In this document: in pieces, positions 1 through 11,200 of the stretch
Layout of the letters: every line of letters begins with the position of its first letter
Numbering within the stretch: the stretch's first letter is position 1
Assembly (NCBI GenBank): GCA_003990765.1
Contig: RBNJ01000237.1
Location: forward strand, 1 to 35,824
Source of the DNA: Jimgerdemannia flammicorona
Taxonomy: Eukaryota
Reading direction: 5' to 3'
DNA length: 35,824 nt
Position numbers and translations under genes: made by a program
The notes under the pieces: model-generated
The model's input: only the letters and a program-made list of their open reading frames with translations
Databases searched by the model: none
What the model was told of the DNA's origin: nothing

Positions 1-273
1 CAAGAGTACTTCAAACTTGGCCAAGTACTCAACCAAGACCCAGAAATGACCAAAGAAAATTGGATCGCAGAATGCCAGCTCTCCTATTCCCAGATCACCA
101 TTGCTAAGAGAATCCACAAGCTATTCTGAGAAAATGAACCAGCACTAGCCCACCTATGAGGAGTGACTCCCTCAGACTTCGACCAAGTCAGGCAACATCA
201 TTGGGAAACAGTAATACAACAAATTGTACAGTACAAGACCATACAGATCATTGAAGCTTGGGAGTTTGAATAG
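1..273 (+). pseudogene. ORF3 of gypsy A, C-terminal part, with stops
   Basis: Frame 1 reads QEYFKLGQVLNQDPEMTKENWIAECQLSYSQITIAKRIHKLF*ENEPALAHL*GVTPSDFDQVRQHHWETVIQQIVQYKTIQIIEAWEFE*. Both internal stops are TGA, consistent with CGA decay. Confidence 0.85.
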
Positions 274-310
274 ATGCTTCAAGGATGAGATCATCTATTC
301 AGGAGAAAGT

Positions 311-777
311 TGTGATAGTATAGCCAGATTTGGAAGAAGGAAATAGGGAACAGACACTTGATCGCACTCAGTCCCAAAGTAGTATAGCTACATAGTTAGC
401 AGTCCCCGATTTCGCCATTTGCTAAATATTTCACAAAGTGCAAGATTGAGCTTCTCAATATAGTATAGCATTTTGCAACTAGCAAAATATTTCGCAAAGT
501 GTTAAATGACTCATAACCTAGCCATGTAACTCAGTAACCATCTCATAGCTAGCAAACTTGTATAAATAACCCAGTATCTTCAAGTGAATAAACCTCAAAT
601 CAAAATAGTTCAAAGCAAAGAGATAGCAAAGGAACTAGTAAGCCTGCGAGCAGATATACTTTGAACTCACCCACCCTCCCCTGCAACTTCAAGAGACTCT
701 GTGAGAGTTAGAACAGTCAAGTTTTCAAGATACAGAAATCTGACATACTTTCAAGAGTAAGTGTCCACTACATTATA
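311..777 (+). repeat. 3' LTR of gypsy A (B-type U3)
   Basis: Near-identical to the B LTRs. TATAAATA at 561-568 and AATAAA at 587-592. Confidence 0.92.
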
Positions 778-939
778 ATAACTATATATTTCTCATAAGT
801 ATAAAATTCTTACATTTACAAGATTGAGTAACTGTTAACCATAATACTATACTATATATATATCAGAAATTAAATTCAGATACTATAATAAAATATCTAT
901 TTTTCTGATTCTTATTTCTAATTCTAATTAATTATCATA
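778..939 (-). repeat. Highly decayed U3 fragment of an older LTR of the same family, interrupted by element A
   Basis: ATAACTATATATTTCTCATAAGT...AAATTCAGATACTATAATAAAATATCTATTTTTCT resembles 1664-1880. It ends ATTATCATA, like a decayed TCACA terminus. Confidence 0.55.
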
Positions 940-1417
940 TAATAAAAAAAATTTAAACATAATTATCTTTACTATTATATATTTATTAAAATTAACATAA
1001 AAGTATTATAATAAATATTACTTAATAAATTATAGAAAAATAATAGTATACTAGTAAAGTTTCAGTAATAGAAAAAAAATTCATAGTATTTTGAATATTA
1101 TATATATTATAATATAGTAGGTACATAACTAGAGAAATGCAATAAATCTCTATAACTCTTCTTAACTCCTCAGAGTCACAAGTAGTATCTGTCTGATCTT
1201 ATTATCAGACTACTAGAGTGAGACTGATCTGAGGTTTATTCACTCTAGATACTGAAGATATTTATATAAGCTTGCTAGCTATAAGATAGCTAAGTAATAA
1301 CTATATTTTCTATAAGTCATTCTTCATAAGTATTAATTCTTAACATTTATTAAATTTTTAATAATTATTAAAATTTAATATCTGTGAAATCTTTGACATT
1401 TGTAAATACTTTAATAT

Positions 1418-1903
1418 TGTAATATAGTGGACACTTACTCTTGAATGTATGTTGGATTTCTGTATCTTGAAAACTTAATGGTTCTGACTCTCACAGAGTC
1501 TCTTGAGTTGCAGGGGAGGGTAGGTGAGTTCGAAGTATATCTGCCTGCAGGTTTACTAGTTTCTTTGCTATCTCTTTGCTTTGAACTATTTCGATCTGAG
1601 GTTTATTCACTCTAAGATACTGGGTTATTTATACAAGATTTGCTAGCTATAAGGTGACTAAGTTATGACTACATTTTCTGTGAGTCAGCAAGTGTAAATT
1701 CTCTACATCTGCCAGAATCTTTATGATCATGAAGGATTTACATCTGTAGAATTTCTATAGTTGCTAAAGTTTCTACGAATGTTAAAGTTTCTACACTTGT
1801 AAAATATGACTGCTATTTGTAAGGCTAAGCTATATTGGGAATTGGATTCAGGTACTACAATCAAATATCTATTTTCTGTTTCGATTTCATACCATATGTT
1901 ACA
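1418..1903 (-). repeat. Solo LTR inserted inside the 3' LTR of D
   Basis: TGTAA...TTACA termini with 4-bp TSD ATAT (1414-1417, 1904-1907). Removing it restores sequence colinear with the uninterrupted D 5' LTR at 3281-3340. Confidence 0.9.
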
Positions 1904-2209
1904 ATATTTATTAAAGTTTCTATATTTGTGAAATATGACTGCTATTTATAAGACTATACTATAATAAATCAAGAAATTAGATTCATATACTGTGATCAAA
2001 TATCTATTTTCTATTTCAATTTTATACTATATATTATATCTTCTCTCTAAATAGATTATTTTTAATACAAAAATATCTATTTAAATTCCTATATCTCAAT
2101 TTTTATATATTTGTTTCCTCTATATAGATATATTTATAATATATTCAAGCAATTGTCAGAATATTTTTCAAGGTCCCAAAAAAGTCTTCAAATAAATAAT
2201 TTGAATAAT

Positions 2210-2865
2210 AGTATATATATTGTCAAAAGTTAGATAATAGTATCAAAAATTGACAGCATTCTTCAAACAGTTTACAAATTGTCAAAAGTCAGATAATAAT
2301 AGTTTGTATCTTTAAAAGTCAGGTGGCAGCTTCTTCTAAAAATTGGGTAATATAAATTATATATTACAGGATGACAAATCATAATTATATTATGGAATAG
2401 CAAATTGTATATCATGGGATAGCAAATTGTAATTATATTATAGAATAGTAAATTGTATGTCATAAGATAGCTTCTAGGCTCATTGAGTGTGAGTAATGAT
2501 TTATATCTTCAAAAGTCAGATAATGGTTTATATGTTATCAAAAGTTAGATTATAATAGTTCATATATATTTTCAAAAGTTGAATAGCAGCTTCTTCCAAA
2601 AGTTAGATAGTGGTAAATTATATACTATAGGATAGCTTCTAAGCTCATTAAGTATAAGTATTGATTCATATCTTCAAAGTTGGATGACAGTTTGTATGTT
2701 ATCAAAAATCAGACAATAATAGTTTATATCTTCAAAAGTCAGATGATAGCTTTTTCTAAAAGTTGGGTAGTAGCAAATCATATATTATAGAATAGCTTTC
2801 TGGCTCATTAAGTGTGGGTAATAGTTTATATATTATCAAAAGTTAGATAATAATAGTTTATATTA
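2210..2865. repeat. Hierarchical minisatellite inside D
   Basis: About 12 recurrences of a (T)CAAAAGT(C/T)(A/G)G core, grouped in ~160-bp higher-order units that each contain GATAGCTT..GCTCATT(A/G)AGT. Confidence 0.85.
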
Positions 2866-2935
2866 GTTATTTATTATTTAGCTTGAAAGTGATAGATTTA
2901 TCTTAACTTAAATTACTAGCCAATAGATACTAAGT

Positions 2936-3434
2936 TACAATATAGTAGATGTATAACTGTATAAGTATATCAGATTTCTGTATCTTGAAAACTTGATATT
3001 CTTTAACTCTGCAGAGTTCTTAGGATATAGGAGTGAGTGAGTTTGAAGTATATCTGCTCACAGACTTACTAGTTCTCTTATTTTCTCTCTACTTTAAACT
3101 ATTTTGATCTGAGGTTTGTTTACTTTAGATACTGGGGGATATTTATATAAGTTTGCTAGCTACATATAAGATAGCTAAGTTATGACTATATTTCTTATAA
3201 GTTATTTTTCATAAGTATTAATCCTTAATATCTGTTAAATTTTTAACAATTGTTAAAACTTTAACATCTATAAAATCTTTGACATTTGTGAATACTTTAA
3301 TATTTGTTAAAATTTCTATATTTGTAAAATATGACTGCTATTTATAAGACTGTACTATAATAAATCAGAAAATCAGATTTATATACTATGATTAAATATC
3401 TATTTCCTATTTTGATTTCATATTATATGTCACA
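2936..3434 (-). repeat. 5' LTR of D
   Basis: R-U5 matches the A/B/C LTRs and U3 matches 1236-1417 plus 1908-2038. Ends TGTCACA on the plus strand. Confidence 0.85.
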
Positions 3435-3543
3435 ATATATATATATATTTAATTTGATTATTTTACTTTAGTATATATATTAATATTAGAACAAGGTTTT
3501 AAAGTACTTAAACCAGAACAACTTATCTATTTAAAATTAAATA

Positions 3544-3698
3544 TATTAAAAATCTAAGTTTCTATTATATATATCTCAATATGTAGTAGTATAGCAAATC
3601 TTTATTTATATCATCAATCTTGATGTATAAAAGGTATAACTTGCTTAATCAATAAACAATTACTTCTTACTTTGCTTATTCTCTCTAACTCTATAATA
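3544..3698 (+). repeat. 5' LTR of copia E
   Basis: Direct repeat of 27650-27799. Confidence 0.9.
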
Positions 3699-3899
3699 AA
3701 TATTATAAGCTCTATTAGTAAAAGTAGATAATAATAAAAACATCTCTTTAATATATACTATATTATATACAAAGAAGATATCAAACTCAGATATATCAAA
3801 TACAAGCTCATTAAGTAATATAAGCAGAATGAATATTAGCATAAGTATGGTCCCAATAGTCATGATGATAACTATTTCTACAGTGGTAGTATTAGTATT

Positions 3900-6800
3900 A
3901 ATAATAATAGTAAAAAGAATAATTTTTATCTTTAATGGTAAGAATTATACTATATAAGTATACTATATAAAGAATCTCTTAGAGGAATGTAGTTTGGAGA
4001 ACTACTGAAAGTCATAGATACAAATAATAAGATATAATATTATAAAGAATTATAAAGTGCTAAGAGAGATTATGTTGATCCTTTTAAATATATAAATAAA
4101 ACTCATCATCAATACTATAATAGTGAATAAAGTCTGGAAGATCTTATATAATTACCACTAACAAATATCAGTATCAAAAAAATTCTATCTAAAAGTACAA
4201 CTATTTAATCTCTAAATAAAGTCCAAAGAGAGCAACTGAGACTATACTGATTAAGTTGATGAGCTAGTAAATTAAGTAAACTCTCTTATATCTATATTAG
4301 TAAATACTATCAAGGATGAAGACAAGATTCTAGCTCTTATACAAGACCTTTTTGAGATATATAATATTATTATTATCTATGAGAGAATCTAGCAAGATAT
4401 TGAACTATAAGTATATTATCACAAGTCTTTTAAATGAGAAATTGAGACTGGGTGATAACAATAATAAAGATGATGAGAAAGCATTCTAACAGAATATATA
4501 AATAAGTCAAAGATAAGTAAGATAAAGGACAAGAGCAAAGCCAGTAGTATAATAGTTAGTATAATAGTTAGCAAGTCAAATTTAATAGTAAATACTTCTA
4601 CTATAATAAGCATGAATACTATAAGTAAGACTGTAACTATAAAAAGAAGAAAAAGAATAGTTAAGAACAATAGCAGACAAATATAGTAGATACAAATAAT
4701 GATGATAGCAGAGGTCTATTCTTTACAGAGATGGCAATCTATTTATATATAAAGAGAGATAAAGAAGTAAATTTAAAAAAAAAAATTCAGATGGCAAAAA
4801 ATAGTAATACTAATATCAATAGTACTAGTACTAATATAAGCTATATACCAAGTATTTATATATATAGTGAAGAAGTATGGCTTATAGATTCTAGTATAAT
4901 ATAATATATAATAGTATACTATAAGTAGTTCTCTATATATAAGAAGTTCAAGTACTCCATATCTATCAAACTGGATGATAATAATGTTATATATACCCAA
5001 AGCAATGATAATATTAGTATATACCTATATAGAAATATTGACAAACCTTTAGATATCTTTGTAGATATATTGTATATATCAGATATAAGTAAGAACCTCT
5101 TCTCAATAGGCCAGATGATGGCTTGAAGAAATAGAGAAGTAAATATATATCCAAACAGTATAACAGTAATCAATCTGAAGAATAATAAGGAGTTAATATA
5201 TGTATTAAACAAGGAGAATCTATATGTAATTAATAATATATCAAATAGTATATTATATATATTCTATATATAACTATAACTGGAAAGAATCTCTAATATA
5301 TATATATAGTATGAATATTTAGGACACATTAGTAGAATATGCTTAGAATAGATGATAAGAAGTAGTTCAGTGAGAGGATTACTGGGCTATATATCTCTGA
5401 ACTTCTTTTGTATAGATATATAGCAAATAAGACTTTCTGGTAATCTTTTCAGAAATAGATAAAGTGAGTAACTAATATTTTCAATATAATATATATAGAT
5501 ATCAATGACTCTATATATACTTCAATATACTCTGAGAAGAGATACTTTATTATCTTTATTAATGATTATACTTATAAAATCTATATATACTTTCTTATAG
5601 TAAAGAATGTAATATTTAAAAATTTAAAATAATTATGGAGAATGAAATAGAATATAAAATATAGACTCTATACTCAGATAACAGTAAGGAATATATCAAC
5701 AAAGCTTTTAGACAATTCTTGAGGAATTATGGTATTTAATACTCTATGATAGCTCTCTATATATCTTAGTAGAATAGTATAGCAGAATACTTTAATTGAA
5801 TAATAGTAGAGATAACTCATACAATGATAAATATGACTAGCTTACCACACTCCTTTTGGACTGAAGTAGTGAATATAGTAGTATATACTCAAAATTATTA
5901 TATTTCTCAAGCTCTAAGTAAGGAATCTGATAATAATCAATAATCTAGAAATAATACTAATCTTATCCCTAAAGAATTGTAGAGTAGATCTAAGTCTGAT
6001 ATTTTGCATCTATATATATTTAAAAGTGAGGCTTATATTCTAGATAAGAGTAGTAATAAAGATTAGTTTGAGTCTAAGATATATAATTATATATTCCTTA
6101 AATATAATAGGGTGATATATAGATTATAAAACTTGTAAAAACACTATATAATTATCTCTCATAATGTTCAGTTCAAGGAGACCAAGTAGGAAATTTATGT
6201 AGAAATTTCTATCTCTATATCCAATCCAACAGTATAGTCAGTAATATCTATACTAACTTCAAAGATAAGTAGAATAATCTCTATATCTAGAACAGTAGTT
6301 AAAATTCCAATAAAGGTATCTTTGATATCTACACTAGTACCAGTACAGTCTATATCTATATCAATAATACTATTAGAGCTAAGAATTATAGAAATTACAG
6401 ATAAGAATAATAAAGAGGATACCTCTCCAAAGAGAAAAAAGAAGTATAGATTAAGACTGAATAGTGAAATTTAAGTAGATTTAGGAGGTTATTGAGATCT
6501 ATCTAAGACATTCTGTCATAATAGCAAATATCATATAAACTATATCTGTGAGTATACCTATATAGCAATGACTAATAAGCCAGTAAACTATAATGAAGCC
6601 ATTCACTCAGATAATAAGAAAGAGTGAAAAAAGGCTATAAATAAGAAGTGTAGTTTGCTTATTAAAAATAGTACTAGGATCTAGTTTCTTCTCTGATAAA
6701 TAGGCAATCTATTAGATCTCAGTAGGTCTATAAAATCAAATAATAACTAAGATAGTATAGAGTAATACAAGGTCCAATTTGTGACAAAGAGATATTCACA

Positions 6801-7313
6801 AAACTTTAATATCAACTATAATAAGATCTTCTCCCTGATATTTAAGCTTACTTTACTTAGAATACTTCTTATAATTAGAGCTAAATATAACTATGAAATC
6901 CACTAAATAGATATCAAGATAGTATTTCTAAATAAAAATATAAATACTGAACTATATGTATATTAATTATAAGGATATAAACTATATGATAATAAGTAAA
7001 AGAAGCTCATATATAAATTATATAAAAATCTCTATAGTATCAAACATACAGCAAAGTTGTAGAATTAAAAATCAATAAATATCTTATAAAAGACAATTGA
7101 TTCAAGTATTACAAAGTATATTTATATATATACTTATTATATATTCTCAGGAATAGTATATTTAAAAATTTGGATTAATGATATCATTTTAGTTAGAACA
7201 ATGAGTGAAATTAATAAAGTAAAGATAGTATTATATAAAGAGTTTAAAATAATAGATATGGGTAATAAATCTTTTTTTTTTGAAGATATTCATCATATGT
7301 AATAGAAGTATAT
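3900..7313 (+). pseudogene. Copia E gag-protease-integrase-RT, heavily decayed
   Basis: Remnant motifs: FNGKNYTI* (~3931), WLIDSS (~4879, protease), SDNSKEY (~5672, integrase), H*IDIKIVFLN (~6901, from HQMDIKTAFLN) and WINDII (~7171, from WVDD). Start coordinate is approximate. Confidence 0.8.
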
Positions 7314-7782
7314 TGTAATGTAGCAGATGCTTACTCTTAAAAGTACGTCAGATTTCTATATCTTGAAAACTTGACTGTTCTGACTCTTGCAGAGTCTCTT
7401 GAAGTTGCATGAGAGGGTGGGTGAGTTCGAAGTGTATCTGCCCACAGGCTTACTAGTTCCTTTGCTATCTCTTTGCTTTTTGAACTATTTTGATCTGAGG
7501 TTTATTCACTCAAAGATACTGGGTTATTTATACAAGTTTGCTAGCTATGAGATAGTTACTGAGTTACATGGCTAAGTTATGAGTCATTTAACACTTTGTG
7601 AAATGTTTCACCAGTTGCAAAATGCTATACTATATTGGGAAGCTCAATCTTACACTTTGCAAAATATTTAGCAAGTTGTGAAATCAAGAACTGTTAGCTA
7701 TGTGGCTATACTACTTTGGGACTGGGTGTGATCAAGTGTCTATTCTCTATTTCCTTCTTCTGAATCTGGCTATACTGTCACA
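7314..7782 (-). repeat. 3' LTR of B (469 bp)
   Basis: Direct repeat of 13563-14024. Adjacent PPT AGGAGGAAG at 7784-7792 on the minus strand. Confidence 0.97.
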
Positions 7783-7819
7783 ACTTCCTCCTGAATAGAT
7801 GATCTTGTCCCTAAAGCAT

Positions 7820-8281
7820 CTATTCAAACTCCCAAGCTTCAACGGTCTGTATGGTCTTATATTGCACGATTTGTTGCATTACTGTTTCCCAATAGTGTTG
7901 CCTGACTCGGTCGAAGTCTGAGGGAGTTACTCCTCACAGGTGGGCTAGTGCTGATTCATCCTCTTAGAATAGCTTGTAGATTCTTTTGGCAATGGTGATC
8001 TGGGGATAGGAGAGCTGGCATTCTGCAATCCAATTTTCTTTGGTCATTTCTGGGTCTTGGTTGAGTACTTGGCCAAGTTTGAAGTACTCTTGGAATTCAT
8101 TCCAATGCTGATAGGCCTTGAAGTGTGAGATCTGAGAGAGATGAGTCTGCACAATGCTTTGGATACTATCATAAGACTCCTCTATGGTTGGAGACTCAGT
8201 GGTGTACCATTGTCTCTTGATGGCTCTTTGGGCAGCACTAGTGATCTTGAGTACTATCACAGTACTTTTGTTACTGGCCAT
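7820..8281 (-). pseudogene. ORF3 of B, ~153 aa, unknown function, two in-frame stops
   Basis: The ORF-track entry 7964..8281 continues in frame through TAA and TGA to ...VEAWEFE* at 7820. Its ATG overlaps the last pol codons (TAT TAT GGC CAG TAA). Homologues are present in A and C. Confidence 0.85.
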
Positions 8282-11200
8282 AATATTTCTTGAGTCAGTT
8301 TCGATGAATGGTGGTGGGGATTATTATGCCTGAGGGTTTTCGTAGCCAAAAGGTGGTTCCTTTTATATCTTGCACAAGGTAAGGTCCTTCCTACTTGGGC
8401 TCCAGTTTTTGTGACCATGAAGCTTCAACCATATTCCAATACACCAGAACTTTGTCTCCTATCTTGATAATCTCCAAGGGTTTGTGGGTCTTTTCTGCAT
8501 TCCTCCATTGTAGTGTCTGCACCTTGGTTATGTAATTCTCAGCCTTCTTTCTGATTTGGTGTAGTCTCCATATTTCCATGTCCACATGTTTCCATACAGC
8601 ATCTCCATTGGATGATAAGGTTCTCAGAGAACATTCTTCTCCGAATAGCATTTCTTGAGGGGTAAAGTGGGTACTTTGTGATCGGATATCCCGGAGAGCA
8701 GATAATGCTATTGGTAGATAGTGATCCCAGTTCTCGTAGTTATCGCAGATCTTGGCAATAACGTTCTTAAGGATTTTGTTGGTCCTTTCTACTTGTCCAT
8801 TTCCTTGAAGGTGATATGCTGTGGTCCGAATATGCTGGATCTTGTACTTTTTATAGAGAACTTTGAAGAACTGGTTCATGAATTCTGTTCCTCTATCTGT
8901 AGTTACTTGTGTTGGGGTCTTGAACTGGCAGATGATTTCCTTGTGGAAGAAATTGGCAATTGACTGTATATTGGCTTCCATAAGAAGTCCCACTTCTATC
9001 CATTTTGTAAAGAGGTCTACAATGACAATGATGTATCAGTTGCCAGTCAAGGTCAAGGGTAGGGGGCCGATTATATCCATTGCAATGTAGGCAAATAGTA
9101 CTGGTTCTATGTATACTGATCCTGAGGCTTGATTTCATTGATCTTGTTTCTGTTTCTGGCATTTGTTGCAGGTCTTGATGAATTGTCTGATATCTTCCTC
9201 TATCCCTGGCCACCATATTGTTCTCCTTGCCTTGTCATATATATTCGTTCCTCCTAGATGGCCAAGTTCATGTACTGATTTCATTGCTTGCTCCTTCTTG
9301 TATTCTGGTATGACTAGTAGTTTTCCTTTCTTCAGTGTTTCTCTGTCAGTTTTGAATTATTTCCATGTTCTGTTGATAATCATTTGTGTCCATTCTTCCA
9401 GATGTTGGGGCATCTTTCACTGTCCCAGATATGTGATAATTCCATAGTAGAGCTCCTTATTCATGATGATTTTATAGGGGTGGGGTCTTTCAGGGTGTCC
9501 GTGAGAGGGCATCAGCATTAGCATTGGTTCTTCCAGAGCAGTGTATGATAGTTACATCATAAGCTTGCAACTTCATTATCCATCTGGCATAGATTCCTTT
9601 GGGTTGTCTAGTTGTCAGTAGTTAGGTGAGAGCTGAGTGGTCTGTTTGGATGGTGAAGTGTCTTCCAGCCAAGTAGTAGTGAAACTTTTCTATAGCCCAG
9701 ATGACTGCGAGGCATTCCAACTTGTAGGATTCATATTCTTTTTCAGCTCCTCGGGTTCCATGGCTGAGGTATACAATGACATACTCCACTTTATCTTTCT
9801 TTTGAGCTAGGACTGCTCCTAGTCCTTGTGCACTTGCATCAGTCTGTAGGATGAATTCTAGAGTCCAGTCAGGTCTTCTGAGGATGAGTGCCTGGGTCAG
9901 TCTGACCTTGAGTTCATCAAATGCTTTTTGTTGTTTACTAGTCCACTGGAACTTGGTATCCTTCTTGTTAAGTTTGTAGATTGGTTCTGCAATATTAGAA
10001 AATCCTCTAATAAATCTGTGATAATAGGAGGTGAGTTTCATGAAGGCTTGGGCTTCCGTAACAGTGGTGGGTCTTGGGTATGCTGCCACTGCTTATATCT
10101 TGAGGGGGTCTGTGTATATTCCATCTCAGTTGATGATGTGGCTGAGATTGAAGATCTCGATTTCTGCAAACTTGCACTTCTTGGGTTTGATGTAAAGGCC
10201 ATGTTGTCTTAGTCTCTCCATTATCTGCTGTATGTGCTGCAGATATTCCTCAGGTGTCTTGCTGTAAATGATTATATCATTAACATAGACCATCATCCAT
10301 CTTCCCATATCATAGTGGAAAATTTTGTTCATTATTCACTGGAAACTTGCTGGTGCATTGCACATTCCAAATGGTATTCATAGATAGACATAGGTTCCAT
10401 CTGGAGTGATGAAAGCTGACTTTTCACTTGCTATGTCTGTGAGTCCGATTTGGTGGAATCCTGAGTATAAGTCCAAGGTGCTGTAGTATTGTGCTTTATC
10501 TCCCAGTGTTATGAGGATGTCATTGATGAGGGGCAGTGATTAGCGATCCTTCTTGGTAACTATGTTGAGGTTTCTGTAGTCGACACAGAGTCTTGGGGTG
10601 AATTCTCCAGGCTTGCTATCTTTTTTCAGGGCCAGTACAACAGGTGAGGACCAGGGACTGCTGGCTTCTTTAATGATATCAGCTTCTTCCATCTGCTTGA
10701 TTTCTTCTCTGAGCCATTCTTGGTAGGCTGGCAGGACATGTCTTGCTTTCTGATAAATTGGTTCAGTGTCTCCAGTATCTACTTCGTGATAGTAGTGTGG
10801 GGTCTTCCCTTTGATATCCTTGAAATCTGTGGCAAGGACATCTTCGAATTCGTGGAGTATTTTCTTGAGTTCTTTCTTGAGTGGAAATTCATTTCCAATG
10901 GTGTAGCTGTGCTTGCTTGTGTTTTCCTCCTTCTTATGCTTGAGTTTGGTGATCTTGGTGTTGGCAAATACTCCTCTTCCTGTGGATCTGAATCCATTCT
11001 TTCCTCTTCTTATTTCCTCCAGCTTCTTAACTTCTATGATCTTTGGTTATAGGATTGGAAAGATCAATATTTGCACCAATTGGTTCTTCTTCTTGACTGG
11101 AAATGAGATTATAGGATTGTAATTCCTAGCAATAAGTAGAATTTCTCCGGTGTAGTCTAAATTGATGACTCCTCCTTCAATTGTAATTTTGCTCCTAGCC

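Larger units (their letters stand above)
1..777 (+). mobile_element. 3' end of Ty3/gypsy element A (ORF3 tail, PPT, 3' LTR); continues left of the window
   Basis: 1-777 aligns by eye to the reverse complement of about 8092-7314 (element B). PPT AGGAGAAAG(T) at 301-310, LTR starts TGTGA at 311 and ends CATTATA (decayed CATTACA) at 777. Confidence 0.92.
1108..3434 (-). mobile_element. Non-autonomous gypsy-family derivative D (TRIM/LARD-like): LTR, PBS, minisatellite, ORF3 tail, PPT, LTR
   Basis: 5' LTR 2936-3434 is adjacent to a decayed PBS/leader (2870-2935) matching B 13501-13562. 3' LTR is 1108-2038, next to a PPT-like TCTTCTCTCT (2039-2048). ATAT flanks both ends (1104-1107, 3435-3438). 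No gag/pol in the ~900-bp interior. Confidence 0.75.

Noticed and set aside
2210..2865. Repeat-spacer-like pattern resembling a CRISPR array
   Set aside because: The intervening segments are themselves repeated and variable in length, the context is a eukaryotic LTR element, and there are no cas genes.
3660..5212. Hydrophobic Ile/Leu/Phe/Tyr-rich ORFs resembling membrane proteins (also 32870-33310 and 34555-34821)
   Set aside because: They are antisense shadows of AT-rich decayed copia sequence.
7820..8281. ORF3 as a retroviral env gene or chromodomain
   Set aside because: It is short, has no signal peptide, transmembrane segment or furin site, lies in a different frame from integrase and lacks chromodomain motifs.
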